A DNA stretch of 60,000 bases, taken from NCBI RefSeq assembly GCF_009834535.1, contig NC_045697.1:10418001-10478000 (forward strand), read 5' to 3'. The translations under genes and the position numbers were made by a program. This document shows positions 13,493 to 24,779 of this stretch, one piece after another. This stretch comes from Camelus ferus. Taxonomy: Eukaryota. The number at the start of each line of letters is the position of its first letter. The first letter of the stretch is position 1. The notes below the pieces were generated by a model. That model searched no databases and was not told the origin of the DNA. It saw only the letters and a list, made by a program, of their open reading frames with translations.

Positions 13493-13909
13493 AGCCCAGT
13501 ACAGTGTTTGGCACATACTAAGTGTGCAGTTAGTGTTTCCTCTTCATTTCCTCCTCTTCCTCCTTTTTTTCTTCCTTTTTTTTCTCTGCCCCTGCCCTCT
13601 TCCTTCCTTCTTCCTTCCTCCTCCTCCTTCTAAGAGTGATAAGAAACAGCATGTAAACAACTCTGCTCATGGAAATCATTTTCCGTGTTTCAGGGCCAGG
13701 AGGAGTTAACAGGGTACAAGAGCCCAAAAGCCACCGTTTTGTTGGATAGTACCACAAACTGAAAATGCTTAACACACCTCTTTCTCCATTTCTCGCTCTT
13801 TTTAGTGTTTCTCTAGTGATATCAAATATGAAATGAGCTGGCTTCATGTCAAGTCCAGGAGAAACAGGATGAAAATGCACTAGCGAAAGTAAACTCCATG
13901 CGGGCAAGG

Positions 13910-14385
13910 TTTGTATTAAAAAAACTTTATTGAGATATAATGCATATACCATAACATTAATCCTTTTAAAGTATACAGTTCAATGCATATTCACAGTTTT
14001 GCAACAACCAACCACACAATCTAAGTTTAGGACGTTTTTATCAGTCAAAAAAGAAACTCTGTATTCATCGGCAGTCGCTCCCCATCCCACCGCCAACCAG
14101 CCCTAGGCAACCACTTTCTGTCTCTACAGAGTTGTTTATCTTGGACATGTCATATAAATGGAATTATACAATGTATGGTCTTTAGTGACTGGCATTTTGA
14201 GCCTAGCATAACGTTTTCAGGATTCAACAATGTCTTAGTGTGTGTTAATAACGTCATTCCTTTTTAAGGCTGCAATATTCCATTGCATGGGTATACTACA
14301 TTTTGTTCATAGATTCATTGACTGATGGATATTTGGATTATTTCTACTTTTTGGCTATTGTGATAATGTTACTATGAACATTAGC
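13910..14385 (-). mobile_element. Old L1 (L1MB-like) 3' end
   Basis: Typical L1M 3' UTR (CTTTATTGAGATATAA...CATATAAATGGAATTATACA...). Confidence 0.7.
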
Positions 14386-14669
14386 GGGGCAGGGATTTTC
14401 ATCTGGTTTGTTCACTGCTGATATAGTGCTGGCATACGGTAAACCCAATATAAGTATTAATTGAGCAAAGTGAAAAAATGAAATAATAGTTGTCTGGTGA
14501 AGACATAATTTTTCCTTACATAGTAAGCATGCATAAACTATTTTTGTTTGAATATTAAATATGGTATCCAGTTTCCTCCTTCCTTCCTCCTGTCCTTCTT
14601 CCTGTCCTTCCTTCTTTCCTCTCTCCTTCTCTCTCTCTCTCTCTTTCTTCCTTACTAGAAAATAAAAGT

Positions 14670-15810
14670 CCCCTGTCTTACATTACTCACAAAATTAACT
14701 CAAAATAGATTAAAGGCTTAAATGTAAGATCTGAAGCCCTGAAGCTCCTAGAAGAAAACACAGAAAAAAGACTCCTTGACATGGGTCTCGGCAATGATTT
14801 GTTTGGATGTAACACCTAACGCATACACAATAAAATAAAACACAAGCACATGTGACTACATCAAACTAAGAAGCTTCTGCACAGCAAGAGACTCAACAAG
14901 GTAAAAAAGAAAAAAATCCATGGAATGGGAAAAATACTTGCAGACGACGTATTGGATAAGGGGTTAATATCCAGAATGTATAAGTAATTCATACAACTCA
15001 ACAGCAAAAAGTCAAATGACCCAATTTACATTGATTTGACTTCCATGTGGAATCTAAAAACAAAAAACAAACTCATGGAATAAGAGATTAGGTCTATAGT
15101 TACTAGAGGCAGGGTCTGGGGAGAGGGGAAATTGGAGAAAGAGGGTCAAAAGGTACACACATCCAGTTACAAGATAAATAGGTACAACTGACCTTCAAAA
15201 GGCACGGTTTGAGCTGTGAGGGGCCACTTACACGCAGGTTTTTTTCAATAAATATAGAACCTGTATTTTCATTGTACAGATCTTTAAATTAATAAAGTGT
15301 GGGGGAAAAGTCTGTTTTCAATTAGGGATCACAATATGTAGAAGAAAAAGAACCAGTGTTTGAGTCCTGATTCTATCCAGACTGTTCCAGCTTCCTGCCC
15401 TTGGGGGAGTCATTTATCAATTCATTTGTTTTACTGCGGAGAAAGCAGTACGTGGATATTTGACTACACAGCAGTTGATTTCTAACCTCCACATTGTTCA
15501 AGTGTCAACTGTGCTAGGGACGTAATGCACAGCATGGTGACAACGGTGACAATAGTTAGCACTGCTCTACGATATGTATGAAAGCTGTCCAGAGAGTAAA
15601 TCCTAAGAGTTCTCATCACAAGGAAAACTTTTTTTTCCCTATTTTTACTTTCTCTTTTTATTGTACATATATGAGATGATGGGTGCTAACTAAACTTAAT
15701 TGTGGCAGTCATTTCACAAGATATGGAAGTCAAACCAATATGCTGTACACCCTAAACTTATACAGTGGTGCATATCAATTACAGCTCAGTAAAACTGGGA
15801 AAAAAGACAA
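14670..15810 (+). mobile_element. L1M ORF2/3' end fragments, interrupted by a Tigger-like MITE
   Basis: AAAATTAACTCAAAATAGATTAAAG...CTAGAAGAAAAC L1 motif and L1MA-type 3' end. Confidence 0.7.
15184..15511. mobile_element. Tigger2-like non-autonomous DNA transposon
   Basis: Terminal inverted repeats CAACTGACC...GTCAACTG and internal GGTTTGAGCTG...CCACTTACACGCAG. Confidence 0.62.
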
Positions 15811-16463
15811 ACACACTGAAAACAATGGGATTTTGAAATTCCACTCTGATTTGTGTAATTCTGAGAAAGAGCTTTTTTTTGGTGCCCAGTGTGTCACCCT
15901 ATGATTCTAACAGGAAAGACGATGAACTGAATGTGAAATTTAAACGAGATAATACTGCATATGGTAATACATGTGTGGGATAATGTAGGCACACATGAAA
16001 GTACCAAAAAAAAGATAGTTTCTTTACTCTTACTTTTTTAGGCTGTTTGTAGATTGGAAGCTGGAAAATCAAGCTTTAAGGCCATATATAAAATATGATA
16101 AAACGATGTAAAAATGAGGATCCAGTGAAATTCTAATTTGAGTTTTTTCACCATTCACTCACTCCTGCCGCTACATTTCTGTCCATGAGCTTGTATCACG
16201 GTGTGTATAACAATCAGTTATTCTTAGTTAATAAGAATTCTTTCTCCAGGGTCAACTGTAGATCTTACAGGGCAGACACCTTGGCTGGAAGGTCTTTATG
16301 TTCCTAGAAGCTAGTCCACAGCCGGGTACACAGAGCAGGTTCAATGCATAGTTTTGAAGTTTTATGTGAAGGAACAAGTAAACTCTTGTGACATTACTTA
16401 GGTGTTTATAGGCCATTTTCTTTTTTGTGCATAGCTTTCAGACTTCATTATAAACTACACATT

Positions 16464-16496
<33 letters not shown>

Positions 16497-16599
16497 ACAA
16501 CTCTATATTTTGCATGTATCATATGTATATATGATTGTCCATGTGCTTTTAGCAGTAGACTTAAAACAAGCAGCGATACATGTCATGAGTAGCTTGGTG

Positions 16600-17769
16600 G
16601 CCAGGAAAAGAGTAATAATATATATTATGACAGTGATAATCACCTGTCAGGTGAAGTGGAAAAAGCAGTCTATTCCTGAGGAAAGCCAGCTGCACAGATC
16701 ATTTAAAGGGTCAGTTTCTCTTACATCTTGTAACCATCTTGCCCTTTGGGAAATTTTTTCTTGGTGCGTCACAGCCTCTCCAGAGGTACTGACATAAGGA
16801 CCACAAGTAGTATGAACAACAGCACAGCCGCTCCTTGTTTAGCTGGCACAAACCCCGAGGCGACCTGTTACTCAGTACCGCCTGGGCTAAGGGACTGAGG
16901 GATGCCTGCTGGCTGCAGTGCTTTTTGCAGTCTCCTCGGCTGTTTGATCAACGCAGCTGGTACATCTCTAATCATACTTCTGTTTACGTCTACTCCTGCA
17001 CAAGGAGCCAAGATTCCCCAAAGACTTTGCCACCAGGTATCTTGTTATCCTGCTGACATGGATCTCTTGACTCTGTAGTGAAGAGAAAAAGGAGGTTCAT
17101 CTGTTTCCTTACGTACAGAAAATGGGTAATGTAACGTCCCAGTAAACATAAACCGATTTCCCAGTTTATGTGCCCATCCTTGGGCAAATGGGGCAATTTC
17201 AACATCACACATGAAGACAAAACCTGGGGGAGTGTAAGTGATCCCTCCCGGAAGGCCTTCATGGCTGGTCTCCTGAACTGGAAGTTTTGTGAACACATTA
17301 AACCATAGGTAATTTCTCTTGCAGGCTTTCCAAAAGTCATCTGTATGGCATTTAACATATGGGATTGCTGGCATAATTTTCTTGCATTTTTCTTTAAGAT
17401 AATTTTCAATAAAGTAAGGGACAGAGTGAGGGAGCCCTCGGGTGTATTGTGCTTGGTCCCTAAGGATGGAAGATGGTATCAGACAAGGTGTGGACACATG
17501 AGTATGTTGAAGAATTTGAACCTGAAACGTTAGGTCAGAGGTCGGTTGGTCTAGGTGAGTGGTGACCTTAGGAACATCTGAAAAGTTGGTGACAGGTGTT
17601 ACGAGAAGCTTATACCAGTCTTGTTTCGACTGAGGAATTTTATGGCAGATCCAACAGCCGGTTAGATTGCCCCAGTAGCTATGCATTGTGACCACCTTAC
17701 TAAAGAATTTTCTTTCCATCCTAAACATTGGGGCAAAAGCAGAACTAGAAGTAAAACAATAGCTTTCAA
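16600..17769 (-). pseudogene. env: Gamma-type retroviral env pseudogene
   Basis: Signal peptide (L)KAIVLLLVLLLPQCLG|WKENSLVRWSQ in one frame, with a frameshift at ~17670 to GNLTGCWICH (CxxC). PPGFVFMC and furin site RVKR follow, then a stop. The fusion-peptide-like region, ISD remnant (AQAVLSNR..AKQG) and CX6CC remnant (CAVVHTTCG) are frameshifted. Confidence 0.82.
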
Positions 17770-17929
17770 CTGTGATAGGGAAATAAACACTTGGCCAACA
17801 GTTCAACTGAACCTGGAGGGTGAGTCACAGGGGCCTGGTCCAGTTCTTGGGTCACACCTGTCTGTGGCTGCTTCTCATCTTGGTGTGGGTGTTGTTTCTC
17901 CTGGAAGTGTTGTTTTAAGGTGACTTTGA

Positions 17930-18210
17930 GGTCAGCAGTCTTCTCTATAGGCCAGTCCAACGCAGAGGCCCCTTTGAAGTGGGAAATATACATCCAAGAG
18001 TCAATTCCCTTCGGTTCTGCTGGGCATGAGCTAGATAAGCGTACCTGATCAGGGGCCTTCCATCTAGGCTGGAGAGAGGGTCCCTTAAATAATGTCTTTT
18101 CCAGTAGCACAGCCTCCTGGCTGCAGGTCATGGGCTACCTGATCTTCATCCAAAGATAGATGACTGTGGTAAGCTTCAGGAATCAGCTTGGAATATCCTT
18201 TCAGTAATTC
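17930..18210 (-). pseudogene. pol: Retroviral integrase C-terminal remnant
   Basis: LQPRWKAPDQVRLSSSCPAEPKGIDSWMYISHFKGA resembles the class I IN C-terminal motif PRWKGPYQVLLTT...GIDSWIHISHLK. Confidence 0.78.
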
Positions 18211-19227
18211 AATTAAGCCTTACACTAATATAACAAAGCAACAAGCCGTCACCTAGGAAGTGGGTTTTAGACAGTAGATATCAAACCTCAGAGACAATTA
18301 GCAACACCAGACTTTAATATCCACAAAGGTATATTGCTGAAATATTTTTTTTCTCTAGAAAATTATACTTCTTTCTACCTAATACGGTCAAATTAAGACT
18401 AATTTGTTAGCAAAATAAGTCTGGTTTCAGTAAACTTGGCCTGATTATTTGCTTAAGTGTGATTGATCCTATAGGCTCTTTTAAATTTGACTTTGCTGGA
18501 ACTTTTCACAAGGAATCTCAAATTCAATTTTTAAAAGGCTTCACAAGGCCAGGAAACCACACTAAGGACTCATCGGATTCTGCCTGCAATACTTACAGAT
18601 TTGGGTGGATTCCTCTCTTCTTGAGTTTCAAGATATCTTGAGGTTCCTGCATCTGCCAGGAAGTGGCTTTTCTTATTCACTTGGTAAGGCTTCTGGGAAC
18701 CTTGTAAACAAAATATCAGGTTGTTTTTTCAAGGAGCTTTATGGCTCCATAAAGTCTACCATATCTCTTTAAAGCTATCTGGTAATATTTGCTTTTATGT
18801 TCAAAGCCATGGTAATATGACCAATATTTCCAATTGTTCCTTGTTATAAGCAGAACAGATCCTCACTGAACTCTTGCAAATAACTATATTGCCATGAAAA
18901 TCACTCATTAAGAGTTTCCAAATTCTTGAGGGTTGAGGTAGAGAGAAAGATAGCTGTTTAAATTCTGCTTACAAAGGTATAATTTGCCAAATCACTGTAA
19001 GTCATAATTAACTCAAGAGGAATTAGGTAGAATAAAGATTAAAAGCCAGTAATGTTTGGACAGTTATAAAAATTATAATCATATTTACCAGTTCATTCAA
19101 TCTCATGTGATTAACCCTTGTTCTGCTTGAATCCAGTCTCCCTATCAGTTCTGCCATCCTTGCCTGATGATTGGGGGTGACAGTGGCGGTGGTAATTTCA
19201 AGATGTTTGCAAGGTTTTTGTTAAGCC

Positions 19228-19720
19228 TCATATGATTTGCCCAGTGAAGAGGATGCCTTGATCGCCGGAGATGGTAGAAGGTATATCCCAAATGGAAAGT
19301 ACATTTTCTAACAGTCCCTTTGTCAGTGTTGGGGCATCGTCCTTGCAGCAAAGGAGGGCTTTAACCCACCAAATAAAAAATGAGGTTTGCCAGGGAGCCA
19401 GGAAGAGCCCAGGAACCATCTCGGGTTTCCCAAAGCCTGGACTGTTTATTTTACAGCTTTTGTTTATCCACATTCATTTCTCTGATTTAGGAACAGAGTG
19501 TTGCCATGTTACAAGGACATCAGCATGGCAAAGGTCTGACAATGATGGGTTAATTTTTTGTAGAAACAGGATGAACTTTGTCTACATGTGCCAAAATCTT
19601 TACAGAGTTTGTTGTTGCCTTTGCATGAATGTCAGCTAGGGCATTTCCCTAATACTCAGTTCAGGTTCAGTTCCTTTACTGTGAGCTTCAATTTTGATGA
19701 CAGATAACGTTATGTCAGGA
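19228..19720 (-). pseudogene. pol: Retroviral pol remnant (integrase core fragment, deleted)
   Basis: LCCKDDAPTLTKGLLENVLSIWDIPSTISGDQGILFTGQII resembles the IN core around the second catalytic Asp (..IPSTISSDRGTHFTGQI). Confidence 0.72.
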
Positions 19721-21806
19721 CATACAAGACTTTAAGGAATTTCACGTAATTTCCAGAACAGTTATAGACTACATACTTATACAGACATAACACAAAAAAG
19801 GCTTAATCTTACCTTTTATTTGACAGTGCTTCCTATGTAATTTAACATGTCAAATAAGCATAATTAGTTTAATATCTCTCCTTGAGATGCGTCAAAACAA
19901 AATCGCTTTCTTTTCCTTTAACAAACTGCATTTCCATTCCTCATACCTTCTTTTATTGAATACACACATCCTATTTTCCTTACACACTGAAATGTTTCCT
20001 TTATTATTTCTTGTAGCTTTAATTACATATATATTTACAATTTTTAACCCTTAGAAAACCTTAATCTCTAGTGAAAACCAAGAAGAAATAAATTGTGACC
20101 TATTTGTTATACTATAATTTCCTGATTGGCAAATTTATAAACATATTCCATAACCTCTAGTAACATATAATTTCTCACAGTATAATTTGTTTCCTCAGTG
20201 TGGTTGGTATAAGACACATGTCCAGTAAACCCAAACGTCTTTAGCTTTTCTCTAATAAAAGGACAAAACTAGGTAAACTTAGACTTGCTTGGCAATTGAT
20301 GTTTTAGTATTTTGTCTTATTTGGAAAAGATCTGGCTATTCAATGATTTCCCATCACTTAACTTTATTTTTTTAAAGCAAACGCTAATGTTTCAAGTTAC
20401 CAAAATCTGGAGAAGCTATTTTTAAGTATACATACCATAAGACGTAATTATTCTTTAAGAGTTCACTTAAAAGCTTTTGTCCCCTTTATCTCTATTTCAT
20501 TACTTGTGAAAATGTCATCATGCCAAGTTAATTTTCTTGTTGATACATTTTGTAACAGAGATAACATGAGCTAATTGACTTTCAGTAAAGCTAGGTAATA
20601 TAAAAATATATTCAATATTGATGACTCTAAAGACATGTCTGTATTAAATAATCCAATAACTTAAACTTGTTTTCAGTCATTAAAGATTAATCCTAAATCA
20701 TGTGGTCCTTTAAAAAAAAATTGGGCTTGTTCAAATATTTAATTTGTAAGCACTTACTTTTGAGACAATTCAATAGAGCTCTTTTAAGAATTAATTTTGG
20801 CAATACCATTTCAGAGTTAGAATCACATTGTATTTATAATGTACAGACAGACATCCAGATAGACACAGAGCTCCCACAGCTTTCGTTTTAAAACTTAGTC
20901 ATGAATCACATATTGCAATATCAAACTCAATCGTTCATAAGTAATAGAAGGAATATGTTAAGGTTACTTGTTTGAGTTTTAAAAGTCCCTCCCCCTCCTT
21001 TTTTTCCTTTCAGCTTTGGCGTCTCCTAACAGAGTCGAGGCCACAGTCAGGCATTGTGGGCTGTGTTTGCATTTTAAGGACATGATGGAAGAGTTACACC
21101 TTTCAGTTTTCGGCTAGGAATACTTTTGTTCCCTCAGGGTCAGAATTTTGCAAAGCTGTTTTAGCAGGCTCTCTTTCTCTAAATGCGTACACAAAAGCCA
21201 GTCTCGGAATGTCAAAAGGGCCCATCTTGCCCTTTGGCGGTGTGATAAGTACTTGTAAGCACTGGCTCCCTCCCAGCTGCACAGGAAGCCGCTGGAGTTC
21301 CGGGGGGGGGGGGGGGCTGCACGTCTAGGAGCTGGGAGGCTTTCGAAACACACTTTCCCATTTTCTTTTAGTTTCATTTTACTGTAAAGTATGGGTCTTT
21401 CTAATTTGAAGTCACATTTAAAAAAAAAGGTTAGCCAATCCATTTCACTCCAAACTTCCTTCTAGGCATTTCCTGCCTAGAAATGCCCTCTGGGTTCTTG
21501 GCCTAGGAATTTCCCCCTAGGTCCCCTGTCTAGGAACTTCCTCATAGGTCCTCAGTTTGGGGAGCTCCCCCTGGGTCCTTTTCACCTAGGAAATGGGACT
21601 AGAATCCACTAGACTCCAAGCCTTAAGATAGTAGTTTAAGTAAAAGTTGTGGGCCATTGCTTAACTGAGAGAGATCCAGATACCGGGAAAAACTCGCTGA
21701 CACACCTGAAGAGCGATGTGAAGCTGGGGAGAAGGGGCGCTCACAGGGGGCCAGTGCTTGGTACTGAGTGCTGCTCCAAAGTGGACTCCAGGCGAGTTTT
21801 TCTGAC

Positions 21807-21824
21807 ATCCTGCCAACTGCGTCA
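21807..21824 (-). promoter_or_regulatory. Primer-binding site, tRNA-Ser-like
   Basis: Minus strand TGACGCAGTTGGCAGGAT versus tRNA-Ser PBS TGGCGTAGTCGGCAGGAT (3 transitions). Confidence 0.75.
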
Positions 21825-22210
21825 AGTAATGTCAGTGGAAACAATCAATAAACTATCCGTAATAGGAATATAAAAGAGTTTTATCTGAGCCAAACTGAAG
21901 GCTATAACCCATGATACAGATTCAAGAAGCGCATGAGTTGTGCTCTACTGGGCTACAAAATGGGGGAGGCTTGTAAAGGCAAAACCCACAAAGTCACATA
22001 CGTTGTTTGCCAAGAATTACAATTGGAGCTGGCAAGAAGCAAGGGTGCTTGCTGTGTAAGGACTGGTTGGGGTCTGAAATGGTTTCGAAGTTACAAGGGG
22101 AGACCTTGAGATCATAGGGTTGTAGCTGGCAGCTGGCAGCAGATACTGTTTTGAGATTGGCTAGTCTTGTCCTTGAGTCTGAGACAGCTCAGAAAATTCA
22201 GGTTCTCAGT

Positions 22211-22293
22211 TGTGGGAGCCCATGATTGGGTTAATCAATTGTAACAGACCCCAGCCTCCTGTGACCTTTAGGAAGAACAAATGAGCTTTGCTG
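22211..22293 (+). repeat. Inverted copy of the LTR U3 tip (left terminal inverted repeat)
   Basis: 83 bp aligning to the reverse complement of 24698-24779 with 7 mismatches and 1 indel by hand count. Confidence 0.92.
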
Positions 22294-23928
22294 TGACATG
22301 TATGAGCAGCCTATGATTAGACCCTGGGTCCCTTCAGGGAAAGGGCCAGAGATTCCAGTGGAGGTGGAGTATATACAACCTTGTTCCTTGAGAATTAATC
22401 CTGAGGTAGAACATAAGTCCACTGTGGACGCACTGATGAAGGGGTTTCTGCAGGACCGGACCGAGGAGGCTGGGTCTATCATAAAGACCTGTGTTTGAGC
22501 TGACTGGGCAGGATTACTCCACTTGGGTTTTGGGGCACAGGAGCTGGCATCCCGTTTCCCATTTCCTGAAATCAGATTGCCATCCTTATCAAATTTAGAG
22601 TGACACTGGCTTGCCCAATGTCTTCCCTTGCCACACCGAGGGCAGTGTTTGTCAGGTAATTTCTGAGGCGGACCTCCTTGCCCTCCCTTATTGGACAGGC
22701 GGCATTCCCTTTGAACATGGCCAGGTTTACCACACTTAAAGCAGGTCCCAGCAGAAGGGGATCTCATTAAAGCCACAAGGACCTGAGCAAAATGGGTTTC
22801 AGTTCCCACATTCTGGAAAGCCTTTATATAATCAGCTATATTTTTGTTTTGAGTTTGAATACTGGCAAGCGCTGCCTGGCAATCTGCATGAGCGTTTTCG
22901 TAAGCCAGTTGTTGCAAGAACACTTTCGCTGCCTCCTGATTATCTGCTAGGTGAGAGATGCTCTGTTCTAAAAGATTAATAAAATCAACACAAGATTTTC
23001 TGATGCCTTGTTGAATGGTAACAAAGGAGCCAGTAGCAGATCTGGTATGGGGAAACTTGGACCGTGCCATGAGGGCAATATCAGTACATTGCTTGAAAGT
23101 CAGCCTATCCATATGGACCTGTTGCTGAGTGTCAGCATAGTGACTTGTTCCTTCAAGCGTTTCTATAGGTATATCAATATTAACATCAGCGTCATGAGCA
23201 GTTTGTAAGAGACAGCCTTCATGATATTCTGAAGCCCAGACAGCAAACTGAGCAGGAGTTAAGACAGTTTTTACAAGAGCTTTCCAATCCCAAGGAATCG
23301 TAACACATAAATTTCCAATCGTATCAAGAATACCTTTAGTAAACGAACTCGGAGTCCCATTTTCCATAACACTAGTTTTTAGTTCCTTGAATACCGAGAA
23401 AGGGACAGCCTCATGCTTAGTACCTTGCTCATGCCCTGCAATCACCAGGTAAGCATGCAGCTCTCCGGGATGTAAGCCTTCTTTAAAACACTGTTGCAAA
23501 GCAGTTTGCTTATGATCATACTCCTCAGGAGAGGGGGGAGGAGGCGGTGGCAGCGGCAGATTGATCTCCTGTGAAAGAGGGGCAGATGGAGCAGAAGGGA
23601 CTGGGGGTGAAGAAGCAGGAGGAGAGGAAGGGGGAGAACGGGATTTAGGTTCAGCGTAATTATTCTGCGAGGATGAATACACGCTCGCGTACCAAATGGA
23701 AGTGGGGATTTTCTCCCCTTGCTGATGCCTACATTTTCGATTCTTACCAACCCGTTCCCAGAGTTCCAAATTGATTGTTCCATGGTCTGGAAACCAGGAA
23801 CAAATCTCCTGTACCATTTGTAACAATTTAGTAAGTTGCTCTTCTGACCTAGAGCAGAGAACCGCTTTCAGCAGCTGCTGCGATGTGCGGAGGTAGATCA
23901 TTTGTTCCTTAGTTAGTTGTTGGCCCAT
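22231..23928 (-). CDS. gag: Betaretrovirus-like Gag (MA-CA-NC) fused in frame to an N-terminal dUTPase fragment, 565 aa, no stops
   Basis: Starts MGQ (myristoylation Gly) with strong Kozak context (actATGG). Has matrix motif CSWFPDHGTINLELWERVG, PSAP late domain, CA motif PWDW, degenerate MHR (IQQGIRKSCVDFINLL), two CCHC knuckles (CFKCGKPGHVQREC, CPRCGKGRHWASQC) and SKFDKDGNLISGN, then dUTPase-like VDLC...TGISGPFPEGTQGLIIG. Confidence 0.9.
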   Translation of the reverse strand: MGQQLTKEQMIYLRTSQQLLKAVLCSRSEEQLTKLLQMVQEICSWFPDHGTINLELWERVGKNRKCRHQQGEKIPTSIWYASVYSSSQNNYAEPKSRSPPSSPPASSPPVPSAPSAPLSQEINLPLPPPPPPSPEEYDHKQTALQQCFKEGLHPGELHAYLVIAGHEQGTKHEAVPFSVFKELKTSVMENGTPSSFTKGILDTIGNLCVTIPWDWKALVKTVLTPAQFAVWASEYHEGCLLQTAHDADVNIDIPIETLEGTSHYADTQQQVHMDRLTFKQCTDIALMARSKFPHTRSATGSFVTIQQGIRKSCVDFINLLEQSISHLADNQEAAKVFLQQLAYENAHADCQAALASIQTQNKNIADYIKAFQNVGTETHFAQVLVALMRSPSAGTCFKCGKPGHVQRECRLSNKGGQGGPPQKLPDKHCPRCGKGRHWASQCHSKFDKDGNLISGNGKRDASSCAPKPKWSNPAQSAQTQVFMIDPASSVRSCRNPFISASTVDLCSTSGLILKEQGCIYSTSTGISGPFPEGTQGLIIGCSYMSQQSSFVLPKGHRRLGSVTID

Positions 23929-24072
23929 AGTAAGAAAATGAAAGAAAAATAAGGGTTTCGCTGAATTCTAGGCACGTTGGCAACTATCCGTCAATCGGGA
24001 TGAAATTTATGGGGATCCAGATGCAGTTTCTCTCTCCAGCTGAAGCGTGCCGGTTCCGTTGCCGTGCAGTGG

Positions 24073-24091
24073 ATCACGTTGGGGGTCACCA
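24073..24091 (-). promoter_or_regulatory. Primer-binding site, tRNA-Trp-like
   Basis: Minus strand TGGTGACCCCCAACGTGAT versus tRNA-Trp PBS TGGTGACCCCGACGTGAT (one extra base, one mismatch), immediately after the LTR. Confidence 0.75.
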
Positions 24092-24093
24092 GT

Positions 24094-24779
24094 CGTGGGT
24101 TCTGTCCAGCAGAAGTCCCACCGAGATGGAACGAATTACTCGAGACTATGGAAAGTCAAGAGAGTGGGAGGGAGGCGGAAACCAACTCCTCGATCCTCTC
24201 AAACAAACCCGTATTTACTGTGCACAATCAAAAAAAAGATCACAAACAATTGTGTCATGGAGTGCAGGAGCTTAAGGAAAAACAGGATCCGGTAGAGATC
24301 ATAAATTCCACAATGAGTACAAAGGCTTAATTTATCTTCACGGTAGTCATGGGGAGAGGGGAACAAAGTACGTTCTTCAGACATACGATGTTGATTACAA
24401 AACAGACCACCAGACCACCAGTTCCTTGTCTTGGGGGTTATAGACTATATAAACAGCAGAAAGCACGCCCAGCATTTATAGCTGAGGGCCTGGGTTGTCG
24501 CTTTGCAACGAGCAAAGTAAACCCTGAACTATGGACCTATGCTTAAAACAAGCCATGTCCTGCGTTTATAGCAAAGGACGCACAATGGCTTTGCCATTGC
24601 GGAAGCAGCCCTAAGCTAGAACCTCAACTACGCTCGCAAGGCGTTGTCTCTGCTCTTTATGGCACGGAGACAGGAGTGTGGATGCACGGGCACCTACCAG
24701 CAAAGCACATTTGTTCTTCCTAAACGTCACAAGCGGCTGGGGTCTGTTAAGTTTATTAAACCAATCATGGGCTCCCACA
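24094..24779 (-). repeat. 5' LTR of the betaretrovirus-like insert (~686 bp)
   Basis: On the minus strand it begins TGTGGG and ends CCCACG just before the PBS. TATAAA at ~24565-24570 and ~24475-24480; AGTAAA (MMTV-type polyA signal) at 24214-24219. Confidence 0.8.

Larger units (their letters stand above)
22211..24779 (-). mobile_element. Truncated class II (betaretrovirus-like) ERV insert with terminal inverted repeats and 6-bp TSD
   Basis: CTCAGT is duplicated at 22205-22210 and 24780-24785. Ends are TGTGGGAGCCCATGATTGG...CCAATCATGGGCTCCCACA. Contains LTR, PBS and a gag-dUTPase ORF. Confidence 0.92.

Noticed and set aside
17045..17806. 253-aa ORF as an intact env gene
   Set aside because: Non-ATG start, true signal peptide in another frame, stop after the furin site and frameshifted TM.
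22211..24779. Interpretation as a true DNA transposon because of the TIRs
   Set aside because: No transposase; the TIR is the LTR U3 tip with TG...CA ends and a 6-bp TSD, consistent with retroviral integrase.
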